Assembly: GCA_959605275.1 (NCBI GenBank)
Contig: CAUHFD010000001.1
Coordinates: forward strand, 1-51,301
Direction: 5' to 3'
Source: an uncultured Eubacteriales bacterium
GTDB lineage: Bacteria; Bacillota; Clostridia; Oscillospirales; Ruminococcaceae
Length of the DNA: 51,301 bases
Made by a program: the position numbers and the translations under genes. Positions 43,069 to 51,301 of this stretch are shown here, one piece after another (position 1 is the stretch's first letter; each line of letters starts with the position of its first letter). The notes beneath the pieces were generated by a model, which had not been told where the DNA came from, ran no database searches, and saw only the letters and a list, made by a program, of their open reading frames with translations.

Positions 43069-45690
43069 ATGAAACGAAAACTGAGGTATCAAGCTGTTTC
43101 CATTGCTTTGGTACTGATTTTGACAATGATTGCCATTCCAGGCTGCGGCAAACAGGAAACAGAAAAATCAGACGATATAATCGATGGCTTCACCGGATTG
43201 AATGATGTGTATGATACTGAAATCAAAACGAGAGGAAATTTGCAGGAGGTTGCCGCTCAAGGAGAATATTCTTTGTTGGTGAACGGCGCTACTGCTGAAA
43301 TTACGGTAAAAAACCAAAGGTCAGGAAATGTTTGGACTACCAATCCGGTTAATCGAAGTGAAGATACAACAGCAAACGGTACAAATATGGAATTGTTGCA
43401 TTCACAGGTTGCTGTGGAATACATAAGAACGAAAGACAATTTGCTTGTTCCGGTTAATAGCTATTCCGGCTGTATAGCATACGGACGTTATTGCTATTAT
43501 CAGGTGGATAACGGCATCGGAGTGCGATATGCACTGGGAGAGCCGATAACTATTTATATGATGCCTGAAGTGATTTCGGTAGAACGTTTTGAACAATTTG
43601 TTTCAAAATTGGACTCATTAGATCAAGACACCTTGCGTTATAACTATACTAAATTTTCTCTTCGGGAAATGACCGATGAAGGTACAAAAACAGCGTTGCT
43701 GGAAAAATATCCAATTTTGAAAAAAAGAGATATTTATGTTTTGGGCGGCAGTTCAATTGGTGCAGTAGAGGTTGGTGAAATTCTTGCACAGCAAATTGAC
43801 GAAACCTTTCGAAAAGCCGGATATGACATGGAGGACTTAAGGTTTGATTATGCTGATAATGGCATGGAAATGGAAGAAAAGGAAGATTATACGATTTATT
43901 TGTCAATAGAATATACGATTGATCAAGGTAAATTGAAAGTAACCATTCCACAAGATAGTATTCAGTATAATGATAAATATCTTTCTGTAAGCACCATTTC
44001 ATTACTCCCCATGTTCGGCGCAGAGGACAAAAAAGCAGAAGGAGATATTTTGCTTCCGGACGGATCCGGAGCCCTGATTCATTTTAACAACGGGAAAAAG
44101 AATGTACCTGCTTATAGCCGTCTTTTGTATGCTTCTGATAAAACGCTGGAGTCAAAAACGTATGATGCAACTCAGAATACATTGCTTCATATGCCGATTT
44201 TTGGATTAAGAACAACAGAAAAAGCTTTTGTAGCTGTCATAGAAAGCGGCGATACCGTTTCTGCTTTGCATGCAGATTCCAGTGGAAAATCCAATGATTA
44301 TAACTATGTTTATTCCAGCTTTAAAATGAAAGAATTTGACACGGTTAATGAATCTATTTTAAACATAGCCGGAAACCGGGTATATCAAAAAGTCCCCTTT
44401 GATAGTGATTTGCAAATTTCCTATCTGTTTTTGGAGGGATCAATCTCTTATGCAGATATGGCGGCAGCATATCGGAACTATTTAATAGAGAATAAATGTT
44501 TGTCAGTTCATCCGGCAGATGATACGGTTCCGTTATATCTTGATGTTGTTGGAGCGGTCACCTATAAAACTACCTTTGCCGGAATTCCATATGAAACCAA
44601 TAAGCCGTTAACTACCTACCAACAAACAATCGACATTCTCAATGATTTGAAAAGTGCGGGCATTGAAAATCTTATGTTAGGGTATATCGGTGGTTTGAAC
44701 GGAGGATTAAGCAATACCGTCGGAAATAAAGTGTCCGCAATTAATCAATTAGGCGGGCGAAAAGCATTTCAGAGACTATTGAATTATGTGAAAGAAAATG
44801 ATATTGATTTTTATCCCGAAATAGAGTTTCAATATGTGAAAAACGATAAATGGTTTGATGGATTCAGCAGCAAAAGTGACGTTTCCAAAAATCTTTTGCA
44901 AAATCCTGCCAAGGATTACACTTACGATCTGGCAACCAAGCAAAAAGCAGCAGGGAAATTTCGTTGGATAGTCACACCGTCTAAGTTGGCAGAGAACACT
45001 GATAAATTGTTAGAATCAGCAAAAAAATCACAACTGAATAGTTGGAATATTGCCTCCTTAAGTTCGGAATTAAACTCAGATTTTTCCGAAAAAAATATTA
45101 TAGATCGTCAGCAGGTTCAGGATATTGTAAAAGAACAGCTCCAAAAAATGCAATCCGCCGGTGTTTCTTTGTCGGTAAGCGGGGCAAATGTGTATACATT
45201 ACAATGGGCAGATATCGTGAAAAGCATGCCGATGGGGTCAGGCGGGAGCTATATATTGGATGCAAGCATTCCTTTTTATCAGATTGTTTTGCATGGCGTG
45301 TTGCCGTATACCTCTATTGCACTCAACTTAGGGGAAAACGGACAGGACGATTATCTTCGGGCAATCGAATATGGAGCGATTCCATATTATCAAATAATGG
45401 ATGCGGAAAACTTTGCATTAAAGGATACGGATTCCACATATTACGGAATTAATTATGATATGTGGAGGTTGCAGATGCTAAAATCTTATCAGGATGCCAA
45501 TAAAGTACTTGCTGATTTGCAAGACAAACGGATTATTGACCATAAACAGTTCATGCAAGATGTTGCCGTAACTACGTATGAGAATCATGAATCTATCATT
45601 GTAAACTATTCGGAACAACCTGTTACTGTTGCAGGCACGGATGTCCCTGCAAAAAGTTATGTCAGAGTAGGAGGAAATGTGAATGAATAA
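43069..45690 (+). CDS. 873-aa DUF5696-like extracytoplasmic lipoprotein (triad member 3, copy B)
   Basis: Lipobox-like LTMIAIPGCGKQ. DILLPDGSGALI, DIDFYPEIE and IPFYQIVLHGV are shared with 21113-23677. Confidence 0.6.
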   Translation: MKRKLRYQAVSIALVLILTMIAIPGCGKQETEKSDDIIDGFTGLNDVYDTEIKTRGNLQEVAAQGEYSLLVNGATAEITVKNQRSGNVWTTNPVNRSEDTTANGTNMELLHSQVAVEYIRTKDNLLVPVNSYSGCIAYGRYCYYQVDNGIGVRYALGEPITIYMMPEVISVERFEQFVSKLDSLDQDTLRYNYTKFSLREMTDEGTKTALLEKYPILKKRDIYVLGGSSIGAVEVGEILAQQIDETFRKAGYDMEDLRFDYADNGMEMEEKEDYTIYLSIEYTIDQGKLKVTIPQDSIQYNDKYLSVSTISLLPMFGAEDKKAEGDILLPDGSGALIHFNNGKKNVPAYSRLLYASDKTLESKTYDATQNTLLHMPIFGLRTTEKAFVAVIESGDTVSALHADSSGKSNDYNYVYSSFKMKEFDTVNESILNIAGNRVYQKVPFDSDLQISYLFLEGSISYADMAAAYRNYLIENKCLSVHPADDTVPLYLDVVGAVTYKTTFAGIPYETNKPLTTYQQTIDILNDLKSAGIENLMLGYIGGLNGGLSNTVGNKVSAINQLGGRKAFQRLLNYVKENDIDFYPEIEFQYVKNDKWFDGFSSKSDVSKNLLQNPAKDYTYDLATKQKAAGKFRWIVTPSKLAENTDKLLESAKKSQLNSWNIASLSSELNSDFSEKNIIDRQQVQDIVKEQLQKMQSAGVSLSVSGANVYTLQWADIVKSMPMGSGGSYILDASIPFYQIVLHGVLPYTSIALNLGENGQDDYLRAIEYGAIPYYQIMDAENFALKDTDSTYYGINYDMWRLQMLKSYQDANKVLADLQDKRIIDHKQFMQDVAVTTYENHESIIVNYSEQPVTVAGTDVPAKSYVRVGGNVNE

Positions 45691-46606
45691 AAGAAAAAAG
45701 CTGGTATCTTTGGCGAATAAAAGGGCGGTTTGCGGTTATTTCTTTATTTTGCCTTTTTTAATCGGCTTTGTTTTTCTGATTCTATCTCCTTTTTTGCTCT
45801 ATATGGTAATGGGATTTAATAAGATCACTGCGGGAGAATCCGGTATTACTTTAACAAATGTAGGATGGAAAAATTATGTTGATGTTCTATTCAATGAGCC
45901 TGATTTTTTTCAAAATGTAGCATCCAGTATCGGCAATCTGCTTATTACCGGAATATGTGTCATTATTTTCAGCTTTTTTATGGCGGTTATTTTGAATCAA
46001 AAATTTCATGGTCGCGGTATAGCTCGTGCAGTGTTTTTTCTGCCGGTGGTAATAGCCTCCGGTGCGTGTGCACTGAGTCAAAACGATGCACTGTCCAGTT
46101 CTGCGTTGGCAGCAATTACAGATATCAGCACATCTCTGGGTGACGGAACCGGAACCTCTACTTTGTCAACCATATTCATTGACATGTTGGGCGTCTCTTT
46201 CGGAGATGGTTTTGTTGAGATCATTGGGCAGGTACTGGATCAGTTTTACAACATTGTTATGATGTCAGGCGTACAGATATTAATTTTTTTGGCAGGATTG
46301 CAGGGGATTTCTCCATCTTTATATGAAGCTTCTCAAATTGACGGTGCGACCGGATGGGAAAATTTTTGGAAAATTACCTTTCCCTTGATTAGTCCGTTAA
46401 TATTAGTAAACAGCGTTTATACTATTGTTGATTATATGGGTGGTGCAAGTAATTCTGTTATCAACCAATTATATAAATATTCGACAGAAGGTTCTAAATA
46501 CGGATTAAGTTCAGCTATGGGAACGATTTATTTTGCAATCGTATATGTTATATTAGGCGTCGTATTTGTCGTGATGTCTCGCTTTGTGCATTATGAAGAA
46601 CGATAA
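45683..46606 (+). CDS. sugar ABC transporter permease (MalF-like; F2 of locus B)
   Basis: 8-nt overlap with the upstream gene and a GGAGGAA SD. LYEASQIDGATGWENFWKITFP. Confidence 0.8.
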   Translation: MNKRKKLVSLANKRAVCGYFFILPFLIGFVFLILSPFLLYMVMGFNKITAGESGITLTNVGWKNYVDVLFNEPDFFQNVASSIGNLLITGICVIIFSFFMAVILNQKFHGRGIARAVFFLPVVIASGACALSQNDALSSSALAAITDISTSLGDGTGTSTLSTIFIDMLGVSFGDGFVEIIGQVLDQFYNIVMMSGVQILIFLAGLQGISPSLYEASQIDGATGWENFWKITFPLISPLILVNSVYTIVDYMGGASNSVINQLYKYSTEGSKYGLSSAMGTIYFAIVYVILGVVFVVMSRFVHYEER

Positions 46607-46618
46607 AGGAGAAAAACA

Positions 46619-47548
46619 ATGAAAAAAATAGATATTGTTAAAGCAAAACGAATGACGCAGAATATTTGGCCGATCATTCGCATGGTGTTAGTCGTTGGAA
46701 TTGCTTTTATGATTCTGTATCCTTTATTTGTGAAATTTTCCACATCAATAAAAAGCGATGCTGACATGCATGATCCAACCGTGTTTTTTATTCCCAAGAA
46801 TCCTACACTGGGAAATTTTCGCACAGTAATACAAAGTGTTTCTTATTTATCGACTATGTTTAAGACCATTCTTTTTGTTGGATGTGTTGCATTGATGCAG
46901 CTGGCATCTTGTACGCTGACAGCATATGGTTTTGCCAGATTTCGCTTTCCGGGCAGGAATTTCCTGTTTGCTTTGGTGGTTTTTACTTTAGTTATACCGC
47001 CACAGGCAATTTTCCTTCCTTTGTATTTAAAATTTCGCTTTTTCAATATTTTGGAGATTTTTAAATTCGGAGGGACTTTAAGCGGAATTGCCTTAACCGA
47101 TACTATATGGCCGTTTGTTTTGTTATCCATTACTGCGGTAGCCTTTAAAAATGGGTTATATATCTTTATGCTGCGGCAACATTTTTATAATATTCCAGCT
47201 TCTTTGGAGGAAGCTGCATATATTGATGGCTGCGGTGTCTTTAAAACATTTTATCGGATTATTCTGCCGGGTGCGATACCGATGCTTATTACCGTTTTTC
47301 TATTTGCTTTTGTTTGGCAATGGAATGACTTTTATTATACGCAGATGTTGGCACCAAGTTTACCGACATTGAACGTAAAGCTTGCAGGGATGACATTAAG
47401 CGGTTTGGATTCTGCAGCAGGCAGTATGATGGGAAGTATGCTGCAAGCACCAAAATTTTTGCTGTTAATAGCACCGCTGGTTGTTTTATATTTATTTACA
47501 CAGCGCTTTTTCACTGAAAGTGTAGAACGAAGCGGTTTGGTAGGATGA
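46619..47548 (+). CDS. sugar ABC transporter permease (MalG-like; G2 of locus B)
   Basis: AAGGAG SD. LEEAAYIDGCGVFKTFYRIILPGAIP. Paralog of 9306-10271. Confidence 0.8.
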   Translation: MKKIDIVKAKRMTQNIWPIIRMVLVVGIAFMILYPLFVKFSTSIKSDADMHDPTVFFIPKNPTLGNFRTVIQSVSYLSTMFKTILFVGCVALMQLASCTLTAYGFARFRFPGRNFLFALVVFTLVIPPQAIFLPLYLKFRFFNILEIFKFGGTLSGIALTDTIWPFVLLSITAVAFKNGLYIFMLRQHFYNIPASLEEAAYIDGCGVFKTFYRIILPGAIPMLITVFLFAFVWQWNDFYYTQMLAPSLPTLNVKLAGMTLSGLDSAAGSMMGSMLQAPKFLLLIAPLVVLYLFTQRFFTESVERSGLVG

Positions 47549-47573
47549 TACAATAAGAAAGGGTAAAAGGATT

Positions 47574-50438
47574 ATGCGGCGGGTAAGAAGAAAAACAAAT
47601 CGAATAGGAATCGTATTACTGGTCGGAATATTATTTTGGCAAAGTATAGTTGGAACGGTCTCGGCGGAGCAAGAGGTATCTGGTTCTGCGGCAGATGATA
47701 TTTCTGCGACCTCCCAAATGACATATCGCACTTATTTGCAACAATATACGGACAAAATATCCCCGCAAACTACGATTTTCATACCGTTAGAGAATTATTC
47801 TGCATCGCAAAATAACGGTGCAGAAATGACCGACGATCTTTTGCTTGAAGGAAATCCTGTTTTAAAAACAGGAGAGACCGGTTATGTAGAATGGGAATTT
47901 TCAGTAGAACAAGAAGGATTGTATAATCTCTCAATGGATTATTATCCGATAGAGGGAAAAGGCGCTTCCATTGTCCGAAAGTTGTTTATTGACGGAAAAG
48001 TCCCGTTTGAAGAATGTAAAAATTTAACGTTTAGCCGCTCTTTTCAAAACAAAGACGAAATTCAAACTGATGAATCAGGTAATCAAATTCGTCCGCAACA
48101 AGAAGAAAAGCCCCGATGGTTGAGAACAGATTATTATGATCATATTGGTTATTACCAGGATCCGCTTTGTTTTTATCTTACGCAAGGAACGCATATCATT
48201 CGTTTAGAATCGGTGCGTGAGCCGGTGACAATCGGAAGTTTGAAATTTTATCAAGCTCGGAAACCCCAAAAGTATCAAGCTCCGGCTCGGGCGGATGACA
48301 GCAGCGGATATATCCGTATACAAGGAGAGGATGCAGACTATAAATCAGATAATCTGGTTTACCCGATTAACGATAAATCTTCTCCGGCAACCGATCCCAG
48401 CAGCTATGATACCATTTTGCTCAATGTCATTGGAGGAACAAAATGGCAGAACAACGGACAATGGTTAGAGTGGAACTTTAATATTACACAAGCAGGATAT
48501 TACAAAATAGGAATAAAATTTCGACAAAATGTAAATGCCGGGCAGGCATCATACAGAAAAGTGTATCTGGATGGAGAGGTTCCCTGCGAAGAATTAAACA
48601 GTGTTTCTTTTCCGTATAATTCTAAATGGCAAACCAAAGTACTTGGAGACGGAAAACAAGATTTTTATTTTTATTTGGCTGCAGGAGAACATCAAATTAA
48701 ATTGGAGGTCGTTTTGGGCGAGCTTTCTGATTTAGTGCAGGAGGTGAATGACAGCATTACTCGCCTAAATCAAATTTATCGTAATCTTTTGATGATTATC
48801 GGCAAAAATCCGGATACCGGTCGTGATTACCAATTCCAAAAGACCTCTTCTGCCGAAATACAAGGATTGAAAGATGAATGCCAACGATTACGGAAAATAT
48901 ACGATCGTTTTACACAGCTTAATGATATGGGCGGTTATCAATCTCAAATTTTAGAAACGATTATTGACCTTACTGACCAAATGAGCAGCAAACCGGATAA
49001 AATAGCTAAAATGTTCGGTACATATGCGGATAATATCAGTTCACTCGGAAATTGGCTGACAACGGCGAAAAGCCAACCTCTGGAAATAGATTTTATTGAA
49101 ATTGCGACGCATGAAAAACAGTTTGCATCTCCATCGGCTGGTTGGTTTTCGTATCTGTCATTTGTTTGGAATCAATTTATTGCCTCGTTTGTTGTGGATT
49201 ACAATGCAATCGGTACCATGGGAACTAATAACAAAACTGTCAGCGTTTGGCTGAGTACCGGTCGAGATCAGGCAAATGCACTAAATCAAATGGCAAGCAA
49301 CTATTTTACTGCTGAAACCGGAATCGGCGTAAATTTGCAACTTGTGGCAGCGAACACCTTGCTCACAGCCACCTTGGCGGGAAAAGGACCTGATGTTGCT
49401 TTGTCTATGTCCCAAAGTGATCCGATGAATTACGCAATCCGCGGAGCAGTGAAAGACATTTCAGGTATGGAAGGTTTTGCAGAAGTCAAAAAGCGCTTTC
49501 AGGAAAGTGCAATGACACCGTTAACCTTTGATGGAAAAGTATATGGATTGCCTGAAACACAGACGTTTCCGATGATGTTTTATCGGGAAGACATTTTACA
49601 GCAACTAGGTTTAGAAGTGCCGCAGACATGGGAAGATGTAATAGCAATGCTCCCGGTTTTACAGAAGAAAAACCTGAATTTTGCACTTCCGTTGCCGATG
49701 AGCACTACTGCGGTCGGTGTAGGACTGCCGGTATATGCAACATTGTTTTACCAGCTGGGAGGTAAGTTTTATAACGAGGACAGCACAGCAACAGTCCTTA
49801 ATACCAGCATGGCTGCCGAAGCATTTGAACAATGGGTCAGTTTTTATAATGACTATTCTCTGCCTAGTCAATTTGACTTTAACACTAGATTTCGCTCCGG
49901 AGAAATCCCGATAGGAATTGCTGATTACGGAACATACAATGCACTATCTGTTTTTGCGCCGGAATTAAACGGCATTTGGAAATTTGCACCGATTCCCGGA
50001 ATACGGATGGAAGATGGGACAATTAACAGAACCGCTGCAAGCAGTATTACAGCCAGTGTTATTATGAACGGTGCCAAAGACGTGGACAGCGCATGGGAAT
50101 TTTTAAAGTGGTGGACCTCTGCAAAAACACAAGAAGATTATGGGAAGGAATTGGAAAGTATCATGGGTACTGCCGCACGTTACCAGACTGCAAATGTAGA
50201 AGCATTATACCATATACCATGGAATACAGAGGATTTTGACACCCTAATGATACAGTGGAAGCAGACCAAAGGAATTCCGGAAATTCCGGGCAGTTATATG
50301 ACTTCTCGTTATATTGATTTTGCCTTTAAGCAAATGGTTGTTAACGGTGCAGAAGACAGCGGACGTGCATTGCTTGATGCTGCTAGGCTGATAGACAACG
50401 AAATCACTGCAAAACGAGAAGAGTTTGGCTTATCCTGA
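47574..50438 (+). CDS. giant (954 aa) extracellular solute-binding protein with two N-terminal beta-sandwich modules (paralog of 13998-16901)
   Basis: GLYNLSMDYYPIEGKGASIVRKLFIDGKVPFEE, KWQNNGQWLEWNFNITQAGYYKIGIKFRQN and YGLPETQTFPMMFYREDIL are collinear with copy A. Confidence 0.75.
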   Translation: MRRVRRKTNRIGIVLLVGILFWQSIVGTVSAEQEVSGSAADDISATSQMTYRTYLQQYTDKISPQTTIFIPLENYSASQNNGAEMTDDLLLEGNPVLKTGETGYVEWEFSVEQEGLYNLSMDYYPIEGKGASIVRKLFIDGKVPFEECKNLTFSRSFQNKDEIQTDESGNQIRPQQEEKPRWLRTDYYDHIGYYQDPLCFYLTQGTHIIRLESVREPVTIGSLKFYQARKPQKYQAPARADDSSGYIRIQGEDADYKSDNLVYPINDKSSPATDPSSYDTILLNVIGGTKWQNNGQWLEWNFNITQAGYYKIGIKFRQNVNAGQASYRKVYLDGEVPCEELNSVSFPYNSKWQTKVLGDGKQDFYFYLAAGEHQIKLEVVLGELSDLVQEVNDSITRLNQIYRNLLMIIGKNPDTGRDYQFQKTSSAEIQGLKDECQRLRKIYDRFTQLNDMGGYQSQILETIIDLTDQMSSKPDKIAKMFGTYADNISSLGNWLTTAKSQPLEIDFIEIATHEKQFASPSAGWFSYLSFVWNQFIASFVVDYNAIGTMGTNNKTVSVWLSTGRDQANALNQMASNYFTAETGIGVNLQLVAANTLLTATLAGKGPDVALSMSQSDPMNYAIRGAVKDISGMEGFAEVKKRFQESAMTPLTFDGKVYGLPETQTFPMMFYREDILQQLGLEVPQTWEDVIAMLPVLQKKNLNFALPLPMSTTAVGVGLPVYATLFYQLGGKFYNEDSTATVLNTSMAAEAFEQWVSFYNDYSLPSQFDFNTRFRSGEIPIGIADYGTYNALSVFAPELNGIWKFAPIPGIRMEDGTINRTAASSITASVIMNGAKDVDSAWEFLKWWTSAKTQEDYGKELESIMGTAARYQTANVEALYHIPWNTEDFDTLMIQWKQTKGIPEIPGSYMTSRYIDFAFKQMVVNGAEDSGRALLDAARLIDNEITAKREEFGLS

Positions 50439-50489
50439 GCACTTCATCTGTCATAAAAACCGGTTATCCGAAAGGTGTTGAGAAATTCT

Positions 50490-51301
50490 ATGGAGTCTAT
50501 TATTCATACCGACAAAAACAGAAAAAGCAGTGTGAACAAGCGGGGGAAAGTTTCTTTAAGCAGGCGTATCTGGGAGTACCGTGCCTCTTATGTTTTGATT
50601 GCGCCGTTTTCCATTGTATTTTTTCTGTTTACCATCATTCCGGTGGTCATTGCGATTTGTTTTAGCTTTACATATTATAATGTTTTGCAATCACCGAAAT
50701 TTATCGGTTGGAATAACTATGTTAAATTGTTTTTTCAGGATGAAATATTTTTTACCGCAATAAAAAATACGTTGATTTTTGCGGTTGTTACCGGACCAAT
50801 CGGATATTTGCTTAGCTTTATCCTTGCATGGTTCGTTAATGAGCTGAATCCGAGGCTACGTGCATTTATGACGTTGTTGTTTTATGCACCGGCACTTTCC
50901 GGTGTCACTTATATTTGGACCATTATTTTTAATGGCGACCAATATGGCTATTTAAACTCTGTCTTATTGAATTTAGGATTACTGCAATCACCGATACAGT
51001 GGTTTGTAGATCCAGCGTATATGAAAATGGCAGTTATTGTTGTTATTTTGTGGAGCAGTATGGGCGTTGGATTTTTGGCGTTTATTGCAGGATTCCAAAA
51101 TGTAGATCGCACAATGTATGAGGCGGCGGCTGTGGATGGAATTAAAAACCGATTTCAGGAACTGTGGTATGTTACTTTGCCTGCAATGAAAGGACAGTTA
51201 ATGTTTTCTGCAGTGATGACGATTACCAGTTCTTTTAATATTGGGGATATTATCACACAGCTTTGCGGATTCCCGAGCTCTAACTATGCGGCGCATACCA
51301 T
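50490..51301 (+). CDS. sugar ABC transporter permease (MalF/LplB-like; F1 of locus B), 3' end cut by window edge
   Basis: It is not in the ORF track because no stop is reached. My own translation from ATG 50490 gives MESIIHTDKNRKSS...YVLIAPFSIVFFLFTIIPVVIAICFSF...MYEAAAVDGIKNRFQELWYVTLP, collinear with 16926-17924. Confidence 0.8.
   Translation, partial: MESIIHTDKNRKSSVNKRGKVSLSRRIWEYRASYVLIAPFSIVFFLFTIIPVVIAICFSFTYYNVLQSPKFIGWNNYVKLFFQDEIFFTAIKNTLIFAVVTGPIGYLLSFILAWFVNELNPRLRAFMTLLFYAPALSGVTYIWTIIFNGDQYGYLNSVLLNLGLLQSPIQWFVDPAYMKMAVIVVILWSSMGVGFLAFIAGFQNVDRTMYEAAAVDGIKNRFQELWYVTLPAMKGQLMFSAVMTITSSFNIGDIITQLCGFPSSNYAAHT

Overview
This 51.3-kb window reads like a low-GC Gram-positive (Clostridia-type) chromosome segment. 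It has GGAGG-type Shine-Dalgarno sites, lipoprotein solute-binding proteins and CUT1-type sugar ABC permeases with no linked ATPase gene. Almost everything is carbohydrate utilisation. All family calls come from motifs I recognise in the translated ORFs; no database search was possible. Layout: (i) 1-3.5 kb holds an aldo/keto reductase, FucU mutarotase and UROD-like operon, convergent with a GntR-HTH/sugar-binding regulator gene. (ii) Locus A (4-30 kb) holds two C-terminally anchored secreted proteins, a large lipoprotein, two sugar ABC importers, an unassigned TIM-barrel-like hydrolase, GH29 alpha-L-fucosidase, GH38 alpha-mannosidase and a HAD phosphatase. (iii) 29.9-31.1 kb has no intact gene and carries frameshifted fragments that look like decayed mobile-element genes. 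(iv) 31.1-34.5 kb (minus strand) holds a GH3 exo-glycosidase and a LacI regulator. (v) Locus B (34.9-51.3 kb) starts with a 1388-aa surface protein (four CBM6-like modules, an Asp-box propeller, Ig-like domains), followed by a second, diverged and gene-order-permuted copy of the locus A transporter module. The main candidate for an undescribed system is a translationally coupled triad of envelope proteins present in both loci, inside the ABC importer operons. The triad is an NHL beta-propeller/TPR protein, a Yip1-family multipass membrane protein and a roughly 860-aa DUF5696-like anchored protein. It sits next to roughly 960-aa binding proteins that fuse two beta-sandwich modules to a solute-binding domain. 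Secondary observations: a 10-mer shared between the promoter regions at 3.6-4.0 kb and 34.87 kb; several genes whose start codons lack a nearby SD but have a strong SD further upstream, separated by a hairpin or a mini-ORF; and structured intergenic elements.
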